Shown: positions 1 through 11,802 of the stretch, piece after piece
Layout of the letters: each line of letters starts with the position of its first letter
How positions within the stretch are numbered: the stretch's first letter is position 1
NCBI RefSeq assembly: GCF_001194135.2
Contig: NC_068981.1
Location: 45,872,943-45,907,646, forward strand
DNA from: Octopus bimaculoides
Taxonomy: Eukaryota
Direction: 5' to 3'
Length of the DNA stretch: 34,704 nt
The notes under the pieces: model-generated
Seen by the model: the letters and a program-made list of their open reading frames with translations, nothing else
Database searches by the model: none
What the model was told of the DNA's origin: nothing
Made by a program: the position numbers and the translations under genes

Positions 1-792
1 TGAGTTACGAAAACTACTTACATTTGGAAGATGCTGCGTTCAATCATGTAAAAACAAATAGTAAATGAGTATATGCATATATACGTACAGGTATGTGCAT
101 ACCGACATCCACCTGTATGTATAGGTGCATATCTGGGTACAGGACATTGCAAACAAACGTAGACGAGAACACACGAGCCACATAGAGAACATTCTCCTTC
201 ATCAGCCACCCACGTTTTAACACCGGCGTTTCGACGAGCTTGGGCAGGACGCATCGCTAAAACGGCTCGTCCCATGGATCGCAGATTACATTTGTATACG
301 CAAATTAAATCTAGCCATGGAGGAACGTAGTGGCGGACAAAAAACAAGACAGGAAAACAAACAGAAAAGGCTTTACGGCCAGACGAGAAAAATTATGTGT
401 ATACATATATATAATATTCTGTCAGATACTTGAATACACTTAACCATGTCGCATCAATAATCATGGAAGCTTATTGTGAAATATTTACTAAATAGACGTT
501 TGATGCATCCCAGGAGACCTTAAAATTATCAAAAGGTATACTTATAGTTTAAAGGAAATGAAGAGACTTTCTGAAAACTAATTTAAAAATGTCTAAACAT
601 GCCACTTCAGGAGAAACTGTGTACTAGCTGGGTAAGACTTATTTCAATCTACACCGGTCTATATTATCACAATTTCAGAGTTAGGATGTAAGATTAAAGA
701 AACGTTTTTCTGAAAGCATTCTTAAGCAACCCCCGAAAAATGCTGCAACACAACATAGAAACACACCAAGGAAGTTTTCTTTGAGATAAATA

Positions 793-1198
793 TCTTTTAT
801 TCTTTTACTTGTTTCACTCATTTCACTGCGGCCGTGCTGGAGCACTACCTTTACTCGAACTAATCGACCCGAGAACTTACTCCTTGGATTTCTTTTACAA
901 AACCGATAAGTTACAGGAACGTAAACGCACCAACATCGGTTGTCAAGCGATGAGCAATAGCGGGGGGACAAACACAAACACAGAAATACACACATACATA
1001 CATGCATACAAACATACATGCATGCATGCATGCATGAATACATACATACATACATACATGCATACATATATATATACGACGGGATTCTTTCAGTACACAC
1101 TCTGGTCGGCCGGAGGCTACAGTGGAAGACATTTGCCCAAGGTTCCACTCAGTGGGCCTGAACCTGGAACCATGTGCTTGGGAACCATGCTTCTTACT
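793..1198 (-). mobile_element. tRNA-derived SINE (family A) with internal (CATA)n microsatellite, 5' head truncated
   Basis: Same block order and similar sequence as 25091-25544 (e.g. tatatacgacgggattctttcag vs tatatacgacgggcttctctgac; ggtcggcc; gtggaagac/gtagaagag). Its 3' half also matches 24861-25078 in reverse. Matches an octopus SINE as I recall it. Confidence 0.75.
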
Positions 1199-1278
1199 AA
1201 GTACTAGATGAACACTGAGGCCTATGGAATTGACTAAGCCCTACCCACAAAATTGGTGGACTGGTGCCAAAATCTGAG
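1199..1278 (+). mobile_element. 3' fragment of a second SINE (family B)
   Basis: aattgactaagccctacccacaaaattggtggactggtgccaaaatctgag resembles the 3' ends at 14940-15000 and 29535-29598 (gatgtaatcga...aaaattgctggcc...caaaatttgaaatc). Confidence 0.45.
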
Positions 1279-4200
1279 ATCAGCGTAGCTCAGATGTGAT
1301 GGAAAAGGACGCAAGTAGAGATGAGTTCTCGTCATTTCATTCGAAATCAAAATGGAAGAGGATATTATGGACAAAGGTTTCAAATCATACAACTTAGATA
1401 TTCAGATTTGTATTTCTTGATGCACTTGATTACAAAAGTGTTGCAAACAGTTTCAATGTTCAAGATGTACAGACACCATCTAACATGATTTCCAGAGATT
1501 AAAAAACATGTATGCAGTTCGAAAATCTGCAAAGCTTTTCACTTTCGCATGTTCTTATTGTTAAGGTCACATTTCCTGTGAGTGAAGTTTATTTGTTAGG
1601 CATCAATCTCTGTTTCTATAGTTCAGACAAAAAAAAATATTTCTACATAAAGTTAATCCTGTTTCAGTTTCTATCTCATCAGATTCCAAATATCTACCAT
1701 TCACAAATACTTTTATGTTTATTTCTTGAGCAACAATTCTTCATACTAGGTAACTCAGACATATACACATACATAAAAAATTAGTGCACACACACACACA
1801 CAGACACGCACACACACATAGAATATATCAATACACACACACATGTATATAAATATAATTATATATNNNNNNNNNNNNNNNNNNNNNNNNNNNNNNNNNN
1901 NNNNNNNNNNNNNNNNNNNNNNNNNNNNNNNNNNNNNNNNNNNNNNNNNNNNNNNNNNNNNNNNNNNNNNNNNNNNNNNNNNNNNNNNNNNNNNNNNNNN
2001 NNNNNNNNNNNNNNNNNNNNNNNNNNNNNNNNNNNNNNNNNNNNNNNNNNNNNNNNNNNNNNNNNNNNNNNNNNNNNNNNNNNNNNNNNNNNNNNNNNNN
2101 NNNNNNNNNNNNNNNNNNNNNNNNNNNNNNNNNNNNNNNNNNNNNNNNNNNNNNNNNNNNNNNNNNNNNNNNNNNNNNNNNNNNNNNNNNNNNNNNNNNN
2201 NNNNNNNNNNNNNNNNNNNNNNNNNNNNNNNNNNNNNNNNNNNNATATATATATATATATATATACATATATACATGTATGTATGTATGTGTATTTGTAT
2301 GCAAGCATAAAAGTAAATGAGAGGGTGATGCGTGTATGTGTAGCTGCATGTCAGTTATGATATTCGAAGAAACATATTGGTATTACTTTTGTTGTCTGTG
2401 CTGCTTGCTTATATGGTACGTAGACGAAGTTCTAAACAAGAATTTGTTTGTTAAAATCCGATATTTGTTTTCAATTGCAGCAATTAGCTGCATACAACTA
2501 TATTCCTATAACCTATCATTGCCTGCCATCACAGTATATAACATTAATTTCTCTCTATTCATTTATGCACATATATACATGCGAACTAAGGTCTAATCGT
2601 TCATTTATGAGCGCTGTTACATTGCGAACATATCAGCATATTCTTTTACAAACACCTGTATGCAACTATTTGTATTCGAATACACATGTACACATATACA
2701 TTGCTACATACATACATATAAGCATACACACATAAAAACATACATGTATATGTATAATAAATATTATATATACCCATATACATAGATATGCATATATNNN
2801 NNNNNNNACATTTTTATGCATGCACGCACGTGCACACACACACACACACACACACACACGCGCGCACGCAAACATATATATTTATGTGTGTGTGTTAGGA
2901 TTTGCGAATGAATATATATGTCTGTGTCTATGTATAAACATATCAGTGAGCAATAATGATTATGCTCTAGGCCCAAATCATTGTAACAATATGAGGGAAT
3001 CAAACATTGATAGTAACAATCCTACACAGCACAAATAATATTTTCATAGCTACAGACATAGATAAGTTACTCTCTATTTCAGTCTGACATACTCCTTCAT
3101 ATCACCACAAAAAAATACCCAGAAAAATCAGCAAAAAATAATGGACAACAGAGAATGACAGTGCAGCACACCTATATCTCAAATCAAATGTGAGACGGAC
3201 AAGAGTTAGACAGATGAAGTATGTTTATATCCCAATGATATTTTTTCTGTTGCCCTGTAGTAAAATTATTTTCATTAATTTTATTAGAAAATAAAATAAC
3301 AAGCACAACAGCAACAACAACACAAATAATGATAATAAAGCGATGAAATGGCGAAAAAATAGAATAAGCAGAATATCAGTTGAAATATATAAAGAAAAAA
3401 GAAAAAAAAAACGTCTGCAACAATATTTTCAACATATTGCTTTCACAGCTTATTCATTTCATCTATTCAGACATTAGTAATATTTACCTGAAGGCTGTGT
3501 GTATTGACTCTGGTTTCAATAAACGCTAAATAATACGAGGAATGCGGGATGGGGAAGGATATGAGTATATGAAGAGAGAGAAATCACAGAGAGAGACAAA
3601 GAGAAAGAAAGAAGAGGGGGATATTAGTGGAATTTTATTATTTCTTGGTAAATAGATTTCTCTAAATTGGTGTCGAACTTAATACAACGCAATAGATTCC
3701 ATTTTTTATTTGTTTCTTTTATAACATTCGACATTTCAAGAGTAACACAAGTCATGTATATTTACACACATACTTACCTCCATACATGTTTGTATACGTG
3801 AGGTACTGTTGCAAGTTTATGTATATGCTTTGTACTTCTACAAGAGACCATAATATAAAATCAAGATGAAAGTTTTTTTTTTCTATTCTATATATAATTA
3901 GATCTAATTACATTCAACATTTTCAATTCAAAATTTTCACACATATTCAAACTATAATGAAATTGTCGCGTACTTAGATACATACACACATACACACACA
4001 CACACACACACACANNNNNNNNNNNNNNNNNNNNNNNNNNNNNNNNNNNNNNNNNNNNNNNNNNNNNNNNNNNNNNNNNNNNNNNNNNNNNNNNNNNNNN
4101 NNNNNNNNNNNNNNNNNNNNNNNNNNNNNNNNNNNNNNNNNNNNNNNNNNNNNNNNNNNNNNNNNNNNNNNNNNNNNNNNNNNNNNNNNNNNNNNNNNNN

Positions 4201-5000
4201 NNNNNNNNNNNNNNNNNNNNNNNNNNNNNNNNNNNNNNNNNNNNNNNNNNNNNNNNNNNNNNNNNNNNNNNNNNNNNNNNNNNNNNNNNNNNNNNNNNNN
4301 NNNNNNNNNNNNNNNNNNNNNNNNNNNNNNNNNNNNNNNNNNNNNNNNNNNNNNNNNNNNNNNNNNNNNNATATATATATTGAATGAATAGAAAAACAAC
4401 ATTTAAATACAACAGTGAACATAAGTGGTTGAAATATAAAAAAAGTTTTACGATAAAACATTTTTCAATATATTAAATACTTTCTGTATTTAGACTACAA
4501 TCTTTGGTTTCTTTAGAATTTCTTGAAGTAGACATTTAAAACAAGTGCAACAAATGTTAATATTATTAAATGAATATCTGAAATATTTCTTTGATATCAT
4601 CCTTTTCAATACGTATTTTCGCAGCTAAGGTACTTCATATTCATAATAATTTCCTCATTTCTGTAAAGCTATATATTCATTAGGGAATGTTTAAGTTAAT
4701 CGAAAAGAAATTAGTATATTAAGGGATCTTATGTAATTTGAAGAGACGTTTTGTAAAATTGATCAGCTGTTATGGGATTTAAAACGATATAACAATTGCA
4801 AGGAATGTAAGAAATTTTACTATAGCATTAATCATATTAATGACTTAGGTTGTGTGAATGTCAGTGACATAGTTAATATGAAGTCCGACGATCTCGAAGA
4901 AACTGTGAAGTAGTAGTATTAAATAATAAAGATGATAAAGATAATAATGATAATAACAACAACAACAACAATAATAATAATAATAATAATNNNNNNNNNN

Positions 5001-5364
5001 ATCAATACCAGCAGATGACAACGTTTCTCTAAAAGAAAGGGAAAAACTTTTAAAATACAAAGACCTGGAAATAGAGGTAACTGGACTGTGGAATCTAAAA
5101 ACAGAAACAATTCCTATCATAGTAGGTGCCTTAGGTATAATAAAAAAAAAATATTCAGACAAATACATAACAAAAACACCAGGACTTACAAATATATATA
5201 ACATACAGAAAATTGCACTACTGGGTACTGCACACATTCTACGCAAAAACTTTCAATACAGTAAACATAAGAGCACCACATGAAAGCACAGCACAAACCC
5301 AAGGCGCACAGAGCTGCACTCGGTAGTGAAGTGAAAGCACGTTATAAAAATATAACTACTGAAC
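5001..5364 (+). mobile_element. R4/Dong-clade non-LTR retrotransposon, 3' fragment (family 1): end of the restriction-like endonuclease domain plus 3' UTR
   Basis: Translates SIPADDNVSLKEREKLLKYKDLEIEVTGLWNLKTETIPIIVGALG...IQKIALLGTAHILRK, typical of the RLE C-terminus of R4/Dong LINEs. Followed directly by (AAT)n at 5365-5452 and preceded, across a 10-N gap, by (AAT/AAC)n. Closely similar inverted copy at 9273-9881. Confidence 0.85.
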
Positions 5365-5383
5365 AATAATAATAATAATAATG

Positions 5384-5453
<70 letters not shown>

Positions 5454-5461
5454 TTGATAAT

Positions 5462-7200
5462 AAGCCTTTGTGTGCAAGGGTTGCACACAAAAATATATTG
5501 AAACAATGCCAAACAAGGGACTAGTGTGGTTTAAAATAGAAAACGTGTAAACAATAAAAACAGAAGAAAACAATTGACAACAACAAAACAGAAACTACAA
5601 AATGCCGCAATTGGAGGTGGTCCACTCAGGTCCATCCAGGCATATCACATACCCTGGTTTCCACGACAGCCATAGGCACGCCAGTTAGGTACCCTCTTCG
5701 CCTCAATTGTTCTGGCTTACAGATGAACATTCAGAGTAGGCCTATTCACGCGAGCCATTTAAGCAACGGTCACTCACCTTTTAACATACTTCCAAAGGCG
5801 GGAGAGGGGAGCAATAGTTTCCTTTCTACCTTCACTTTCCTTTTGAAGTGGAGTTTGAAAAACTCGATGTGAGCTCGGTCGAGGAGAAGAGTGTCTGCCT
5901 TCAGTCCTTTCAGTCTCGTCCACCACACTCGTTATAGAAATCGCCTCATTACACTTCCGTGTTTGTAGAGTTTGTCTCAAACCGGCAGAGCTCCACGGTA
6001 GCCCTGCCAGATCAAGGATTTCTGGAAGTTATCTGTAGTCCCCGGTCCAAAATTCTTCAGGAAAAGACCTGAGTGTCCTGAAGTACCTCATTCCTCTTTC
6101 CCACTGCTAAACCTCTTTAGAATACCAAGGTGGAACTTCTACCGACCATGTTGCCCGACTGGAAGAAAGCTGTGAACGCTTGCCGACACTCCAAATGACA
6201 GGCACACTCTTTTGGTCTGTGCTTGACCCAGGATTGTAGCTCCGTCTATGAGACGAGCTGCGGGAAGTCCCGTTTGACGAACGGTGACCACACCTGCTCA
6301 CCGTTAAGGAAACGGCGGAGATGTCGTACAGTCAGTGCATATCTGCGCATAAATTACCTACAGAATGTCCAGTCCTCCACTCAGTGGCGCGGCTGTTAAT
6401 AGCAGATGGATCTTCTGACGAGCAGAACACGTCGCTTCCATAGAAAGTGGAAGAGCAAGCGCTCCAAAATTATCAGGCACGAAGTGGGTCAAGGGAAGAA
6501 AGCCAAGATGTAGTAGATGATGGTACCGATGTACACATTCGTCATCTCCGCTCGACCCTTCAGGGACAGCTTCCACTCAGCCTATTTCTGGGTGGGATGG
6601 TCTACCCTGTTTTTTACCTCCCTTCAAGCTTTGTCCAACTAGAGGGCTGGACGAAACCAGATGCCGAGGAACTTAACCGTTTTTTCTGACCAGCACCCGA
6701 CAGCACACTCGCTTGTTATGGATCTGCTTCTCCAGGTGCCGAGCTACATGCCCACCGACACATCCTGATTGTCACCGCTTCGTAAACCTTTAGGGAAAGG
6801 CGACCAAGATTTCCGATGTCTCCAACAGTATTACGGTGTCGTCGTCTGTGTAAGCCGACATAAATCTTTCGCATCCTAGATCACGCGAGATGCACGCTCA
6901 AACATCCAGCTTCCACATCAGTGGCTCGAGAGCCAGTATGTACAGAAGAGGCGACATTAGGTGTCCTCGACGGATCGAACGAACGATTCTAAACGATTCC
7001 GATAGGTGATAAATTATTTTGTCCACCGATCGGATATCGCTGAAAACAGGACCCAAATGCACTGTCGGAAGAACAGCCTCCTAGTATCGGTTACTGACGA
7101 ACAACAGCTTTTGACTGATCTGAATTGATGAGGGCCTTAGCCATGTCTTCGCACGAGGTCCCCGTTTTTAAAGAGGATTTCAAAGCTGGCACTACTCCCT
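5462..7200 (-). mobile_element. Tx1/L1-clade LINE, 5'-truncated, disrupted ORF2 (RT, C-terminal region, 3' UTR)
   Basis: Minus-strand frames give ALINSDQSKA, IRRGHLMSPLLYILALEPL (RQGCPLSP-like), SAYTDDDT (YADD-like), KLSLKGRAEMTNVYIGTIIYY and DNFQKSLIWQGYRGALPV*DKLYKHG, in the order expected for L1/Tx1 ORF2. Many stops and frameshifts. GC content is raised relative to the flanks. Confidence 0.85.
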
Positions 7201-7557
7201 CTCTGTATAAGTGTCACATCTATTAAATGAATCTGAAGGCCTTCTAAACATGACAAATCTTTGCTATTTCAAATTGGATGATATATTTTGCTTTTGTGAG
7301 TTGTCGCGCATTGTTAGCAAACGGTATCGCATACATTTCTCCTTTTCTATTTGTTACATCAGAACACATTTTACTTTTGATATCGCTTTTATGTTGTCGT
7401 TGTCGTTGCTGTTGTTGTTATTGTTGTTACTGTTACTGCTGCTGTTACTGTCGGTGGTTATGTTGGTGGAGATGTGGCCACTACAATCGATTCCACTCTA
7501 AAAACCACCGTCACCGCTCCCAATTGTGTTCTGAACTGCGTTGCTAAGACTAAAAGT

Positions 7558-7851
7558 ACTACTACTACTACTACTACTACTGCTACTACCACCACCACCA
7601 CCACCACTACTACTGCTACTACTACTACCACCACCAAAACCACCACCACCACCNNNNNNNNNNNNNNNNNNNNNNNNNNNNNNNNNNNNNNNNNNNNNNN
7701 NNNNNNNNNNNNNNNNNNNNNNNNNNNNNNNNNNNNNNNNNNNNNNNNNNNNNNNNNNNNNNNNNNNNNNNNNNNNNNNNNNNNNNNNNNNNNNNNNNNN
7801 NNNNNNNNNNNNNNNNNNNNNNNNNNNNNNNNNNNNNNNNNNNNNNNNNNN

Positions 7852-7904
<53 letters not shown>

Positions 7905-7927
7905 ACACCACCGCCGCCACCACCACA

Positions 7928-7981
<54 letters not shown>

Positions 7982-7982
7982 G
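7558..7982. repeat. Compound trinucleotide microsatellite (ACT)n/(ACC)n spanning an assembly gap
   Basis: Directly visible; N-run at 7654-7851. Confidence 0.95.
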
Positions 7983-8354
7983 ACGCCACGTCCGTCACTG
8001 CTATCATTCCCATAACTGTTTTTCCGAATGCTTTCAAGTTGCTACTACGAGGTTGACTGTGCGCCTCCCCTTCCCGTGTAATGCTGTCAGTAATGGAGGG
8101 AAGGGAAGAGAAAACTTCAGCAAATCAAACCATTTTTTCAGGCATGGTAGTTCTTTCCCTTAACACTTTGAAGATGTGCTCCGCTAACTTGTTGAATTCT
8201 AAGTGATTACCCACCCACCGAATTTCTTTGGTGGGTCGAATACGGCCCAGTGAGGAGCTAAGCAATCACACAGAAAACGAGTGAAGAGTTACTGTAGTTT
8301 ATATTAACAAGTGGCAACAATTGTACAATGAAACAGCGTCACCAAGTTGTGTAA

Positions 8355-8387
8355 ACAACAACACCAACAACAACAACAACAAAAATG

Positions 8388-8443
<56 letters not shown>

Positions 8444-8535
8444 AAGAAGAAGAAGAAGAAGAAGAAGAAGAAGAAGAAGAAGAAGAAGAAGAAGAAGAAG
8501 AAGAAGAAGAAGAAGAAGAAGAAGAAGAAGAAGAA
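8355..8535. repeat. Compound microsatellite (AAC)n-(AAT)n-(GAA)n
   Basis: Directly visible. Confidence 0.95.
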
Positions 8536-8589
8536 TAGTCAGTAACAAAACAGGCAAAGGAATAGCTAAATGAATTCTAAGTACAACAA

Positions 8590-9198
8590 AATCTAAAAAT
8601 AAGACGTACTAGAAACAAGCGCACAAAAGCTAAGCATAAGAAAACCCGTGCTAAAACTGCTGCCTTGGATATTCTTACTGATAAATAGCAAGCAAAACCT
8701 TTGAAAGGCAAATATCCAAAGGGAGCTAATAGTGCCGATGTTGACAAAGCCATTATCCATCAATTGTTAGTGGCCTCTGGATTAAAATCAGAAAGAGAAG
8801 GCTTTATCATAGCAGCCCAAGATCAATGCCGACCTACAAGAAACTACCAGGCCGATATATTAAAGAACGGCAGTAGCCTTCCATGCCTAGGAATAATGGC
8901 AAAATTGGCAGATTGCTACCTAGCTCAAATACCAGGAGACATCAAAAAATGGCAGAAATTCAAAAGACAGTGATCATGGGAACTACCTATATCCTTCGTA
9001 AAATACTATTTATGTAATTTCAAATTTTAATACTAACATATAATTTTTGTGTTTTCTTAAACATTCTCTAGAACAATACTATGTACAAAAACAAACATAT
9101 GACACACTACGAGTAACACCAACATGAACTTCTTGCCTCTTGAGTTTTCTGGGTTAGGCTTGGAGCCAAGTTACAGAAATAAACAGCAAAAGTCAAAT
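8590..9198 (+). mobile_element. R4/Dong-clade LINE (family 2), 5'-truncated and internally deleted
   Basis: KPLKGKYPKGANSADVD...SGLKSEREGFIIAAQDQCRPTRNYQADILKNGS is the conserved post-RT segment that precedes the CCHC knuckle. It jumps to LGIMAKLADCYLAQIPG...VIMGTTYILRKIL, the C-terminus, whose sequence differs clearly from family 1. Confidence 0.7.
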
Positions 9199-9201
9199 AT
9201 A

Positions 9202-9204
<3 letters not shown>

Positions 9205-9272
<68 letters not shown>
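9205..9272. repeat. (TTA)n microsatellite; tail/target of the adjacent Dong-like element
   Basis: Directly visible. Confidence 0.95.
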
Positions 9273-9881
9273 GTTCAGTAGTTATATTTTTATAACGTGC
9301 TTTCATTTCACTACCGAGCGAAGCTCTCTGTGCTTTGGGTATGTGCTGTTGTTTGCTGTGATGCTCTTATGCTTACTGTATTGAAAGTGTTTTGCGTAGG
9401 ATGTATGCAGTGCCCAGTAGTGCAATTTTCTGTATGTTATATATATTTGTAAGTCCTGGTGTTTCTGTTATGTATTTGTTTGAATATTTTTTTTATACCT
9501 AAGGCACCTACTATAATAGGAATTGTTTCTGTTTTTAGATTCCACATTCGAGTTACCTCTATTTCCAGGTCTTTGTATTTTGAAAGTTTTTCCATTTCTT
9601 TTAGGGAAACATTGTCATCTGCTGCTATTGATACATCAATTAGAAAGCATTTTTTTCTTCATGATCTTTGACGAATATATCTGGTCTATTTGCCTTAGTT
9701 TCTCTATCTGTGTGTATTGGGATACCCCAGAGTATGGTTGCTTTCTCGTTTTCTGTGACTTTTTCTGGCGTGTGTTTATACCATCTTTTTTCTGTTGTTA
9801 TTCCATAGTGTTGGCATAGCTTCCAGTGTATATAGGTCCCAGCTCTGTCGTGTCTGTGAATATAGTCCTTCTTAGCCAGGA
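9273..9881 (-). mobile_element. R4/Dong-clade LINE 3' fragment (family 1) with RLE domain
   Basis: Minus strand reads LAKKDYIHRHDRAGTYIHWKLCQHYG...NEKATILWGIPIHTDRETKANRPDIFVKD..(fs)CFLIDVSIAADDNVSLKEMEKLSKYKDLEIEV. This contains the RHD and PD..D..K motifs of RLE LINEs. (TTA)n lies on both sides (9205-9272, 9883-9938). Confidence 0.9.
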
Positions 9882-9893
9882 ATTTATTATTTA

Positions 9894-9938
<45 letters not shown>

Positions 9939-10426
9939 GAGTGAGAGAGCAGTGCATGCCATCAAAGTCACACGAATAATTACAAAATATGCATATTTCG
10001 GCACATAGTATTTGACAAAATGCTAGATATTTACTGCTTTGTGATCATCATGGCATTGCATATTTTAAAATGTCCATGACATACTGCAATTACGTATTGA
10101 GAAACGTTCGTTTTTAAATTTGTATCAGATAAGCTAACACGAAAGCATATTTGAATTATATGGAATTCTGAATTTTCAAGCATGTCACTTAACCAAACGT
10201 TTTAAGAAATTAAAACAATGCCGGTTCAAGCTATCTGATGAAAGTAACAAACAGGTCTCACACTCATTGTTTCTCTTAATCAAAACATGTGTCGTCCTTC
10301 TAACATTAATTATAAGTTTTCAGTGGATATAAAAACACGGGTGAATATAGATTGTCTGTGAATATGAACAGAAGAGAAAACCAGAAAGTGAATCTACGAA
10401 TTACAGTTTTGTAAAGACACAGATGT

Positions 10427-11802
10427 ATTAGGTCGTTAAGTATGAAATTTGCTGTAAGGTATATATGGTAAACATTGACAACTGTTCATTTTGCGCCATT
10501 ATTATATTTTGATACTCTTAAATTTTGTTACAAAGCTTACACATATATTTCTTTATTCTAACTCATTTTGCACTTTATCAATTATTTATAAATCATTTTT
10601 GCTATTATTGTTTAGAGATGGATAAGTTGGAAATTCATACAGTTTTGAAATATGAGTTCTTTCTTGGAAATACAGCATAACGGACGGTTCGAATATTAAA
10701 GGAACATTTCATTTAAATATTATTACACAGCAGACAGTACCAAATTGGTTTGGAAGATTTCGTTCTGCTAACTTTGACATCACAAATGAGCAACGCGGTC
10801 GACCAGAAACAAAGGTGGATAATGACGAACTGAAGGCCACCGTCGAGTCAGATCCATCTCAAGGTATCTGTGAATTATCATTGTAGTTTGATGTTAGCAA
10901 GCAAACAATATTGACTCACCTAGTTCAAATTGGTAAAGTGAAAAAGTTGGATAAGTGGGTTTCAAATGAACTCAATGAAAGTCAGAAACAGCAATGTTTG
11001 GATGCCTGCAGTTGCTACTTCCTCATCCCCCAAAAAATGAATCATTTTTGAACCGAATTGTAATATGTGATGAGAAATAGATCTAATGCAAAAACCGTAT
11101 ACGTTCAGCACAATGTTTGGACAGAGACGAGACAACAAAACTGTCGAAAGAGCACAGTTCATCAAAAGACGCCGATGGTGTGTGTTTGGTGATCTGAGTT
11201 TACTTGCTAACACCAAACTACAACGATAATTCTCGGACACTTTGAGATGGATCTGACTCGACGGTGGCTTTCAGTTCGTCATTATCCACCTTTGTTTCGG
11301 GTCGACCGTGTTGCTCATTTGTGAGGTCAAATGTGTCAACCATTATAATTTCATTAAACCTGGTTTCATCAATCTCGGCCGAAGTATACTGCAGCCAACT
11401 GGACCAAATCATGCAGTAACTTACCAAAAAAAAAAAAAGAATAATCAACGCCAAGTCACATCGCAAAAATGACATTCGCGAAACTACAGGAGTTGGAGAT
11501 GAAAGTGCTCCATCATCCACTATACCCACCTGATCTTGTCCCGACTGACTACCACTTCTTCCGGAATTTGGATAATTTTTGATTCGAACACAATTTAATT
11601 CCGGTGGTGCTGTAAACATGTCTTCCAACATTTTATTAATTCTAGTTTGCCACGCTTTTATATTTCCAGGCTGAACCAGCTACCGCTGATATGGCAAAAG
11701 TGTATTGACAATATAGGTGCACACTTTGATGAATAAAACTATTCCTTGTATTTATAAACAATTAGGAAACTTTTTTCTACATATTTCATACTTGAACTAT
11801 AT
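10427..11802 (+). mobile_element. mariner (Tc1/mariner, DD34D) DNA transposon, decayed; ends approximate
   Basis: Contains a transposase remnant. Degenerate inverted ends share AAGTATGAAAT (10438-10448, and reverse complement near 11783-11793). Length is about 1.3 kb, as expected for mariner. Confidence 0.8.
10618..11736 (+). pseudogene. mariner transposase pseudogene
   Basis: MDKLEIHTVLKYEF...GRPETKVDNDELKATVESDPSQ...KKLDKWVSNELNE (WVPHEL motif)...RIVICDEK (first D)...MVCVW...LHHPLYPPDLVPTDYHFFRNLDNFL (YSPDLAP(S/T)D motif)...WQKCIDNIGAHFDE*. Multiple stops and frameshifts. Confidence 0.88.

Noticed and set aside
199-271. Hammerhead-like words on the minus strand (GACGAGC/GCTCGTC stem, GAAAC, CTGATGA)
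   Set aside because: The elements cannot be assembled into a type I, II or III topology: no stem I, and the sequence after CTGATGA does not pair with the strand before GAAAC. Probably part of an unclassified repeat.
3083-3189. Candidate 107-nt exon (tctctatttcAG ... AAT/GTGAGA) with one open frame
   Set aside because: The peptide is unrecognisable and no partner exons are seen. Such splice-like sites occur often by chance in AT-rich DNA.
7474-8056. Thr-rich mucin-like reading frame (TTIDSTLKTTVTAPNC...TTTT...VTAIIPITVF)
   Set aside because: Explained by the (ACT/ACC)n microsatellite. It spans a gap, has no convincing splice sites, and has no associated signal peptide or other exons.
8203-8269. 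HDV-like ribozyme interpretation
   Set aside because: On the minus strand there is no P1 partner and no catalytic C in J4/2. On the plus strand CTAA precedes P2' but no P3/L3 is present. Kept only as an unclassified structure.
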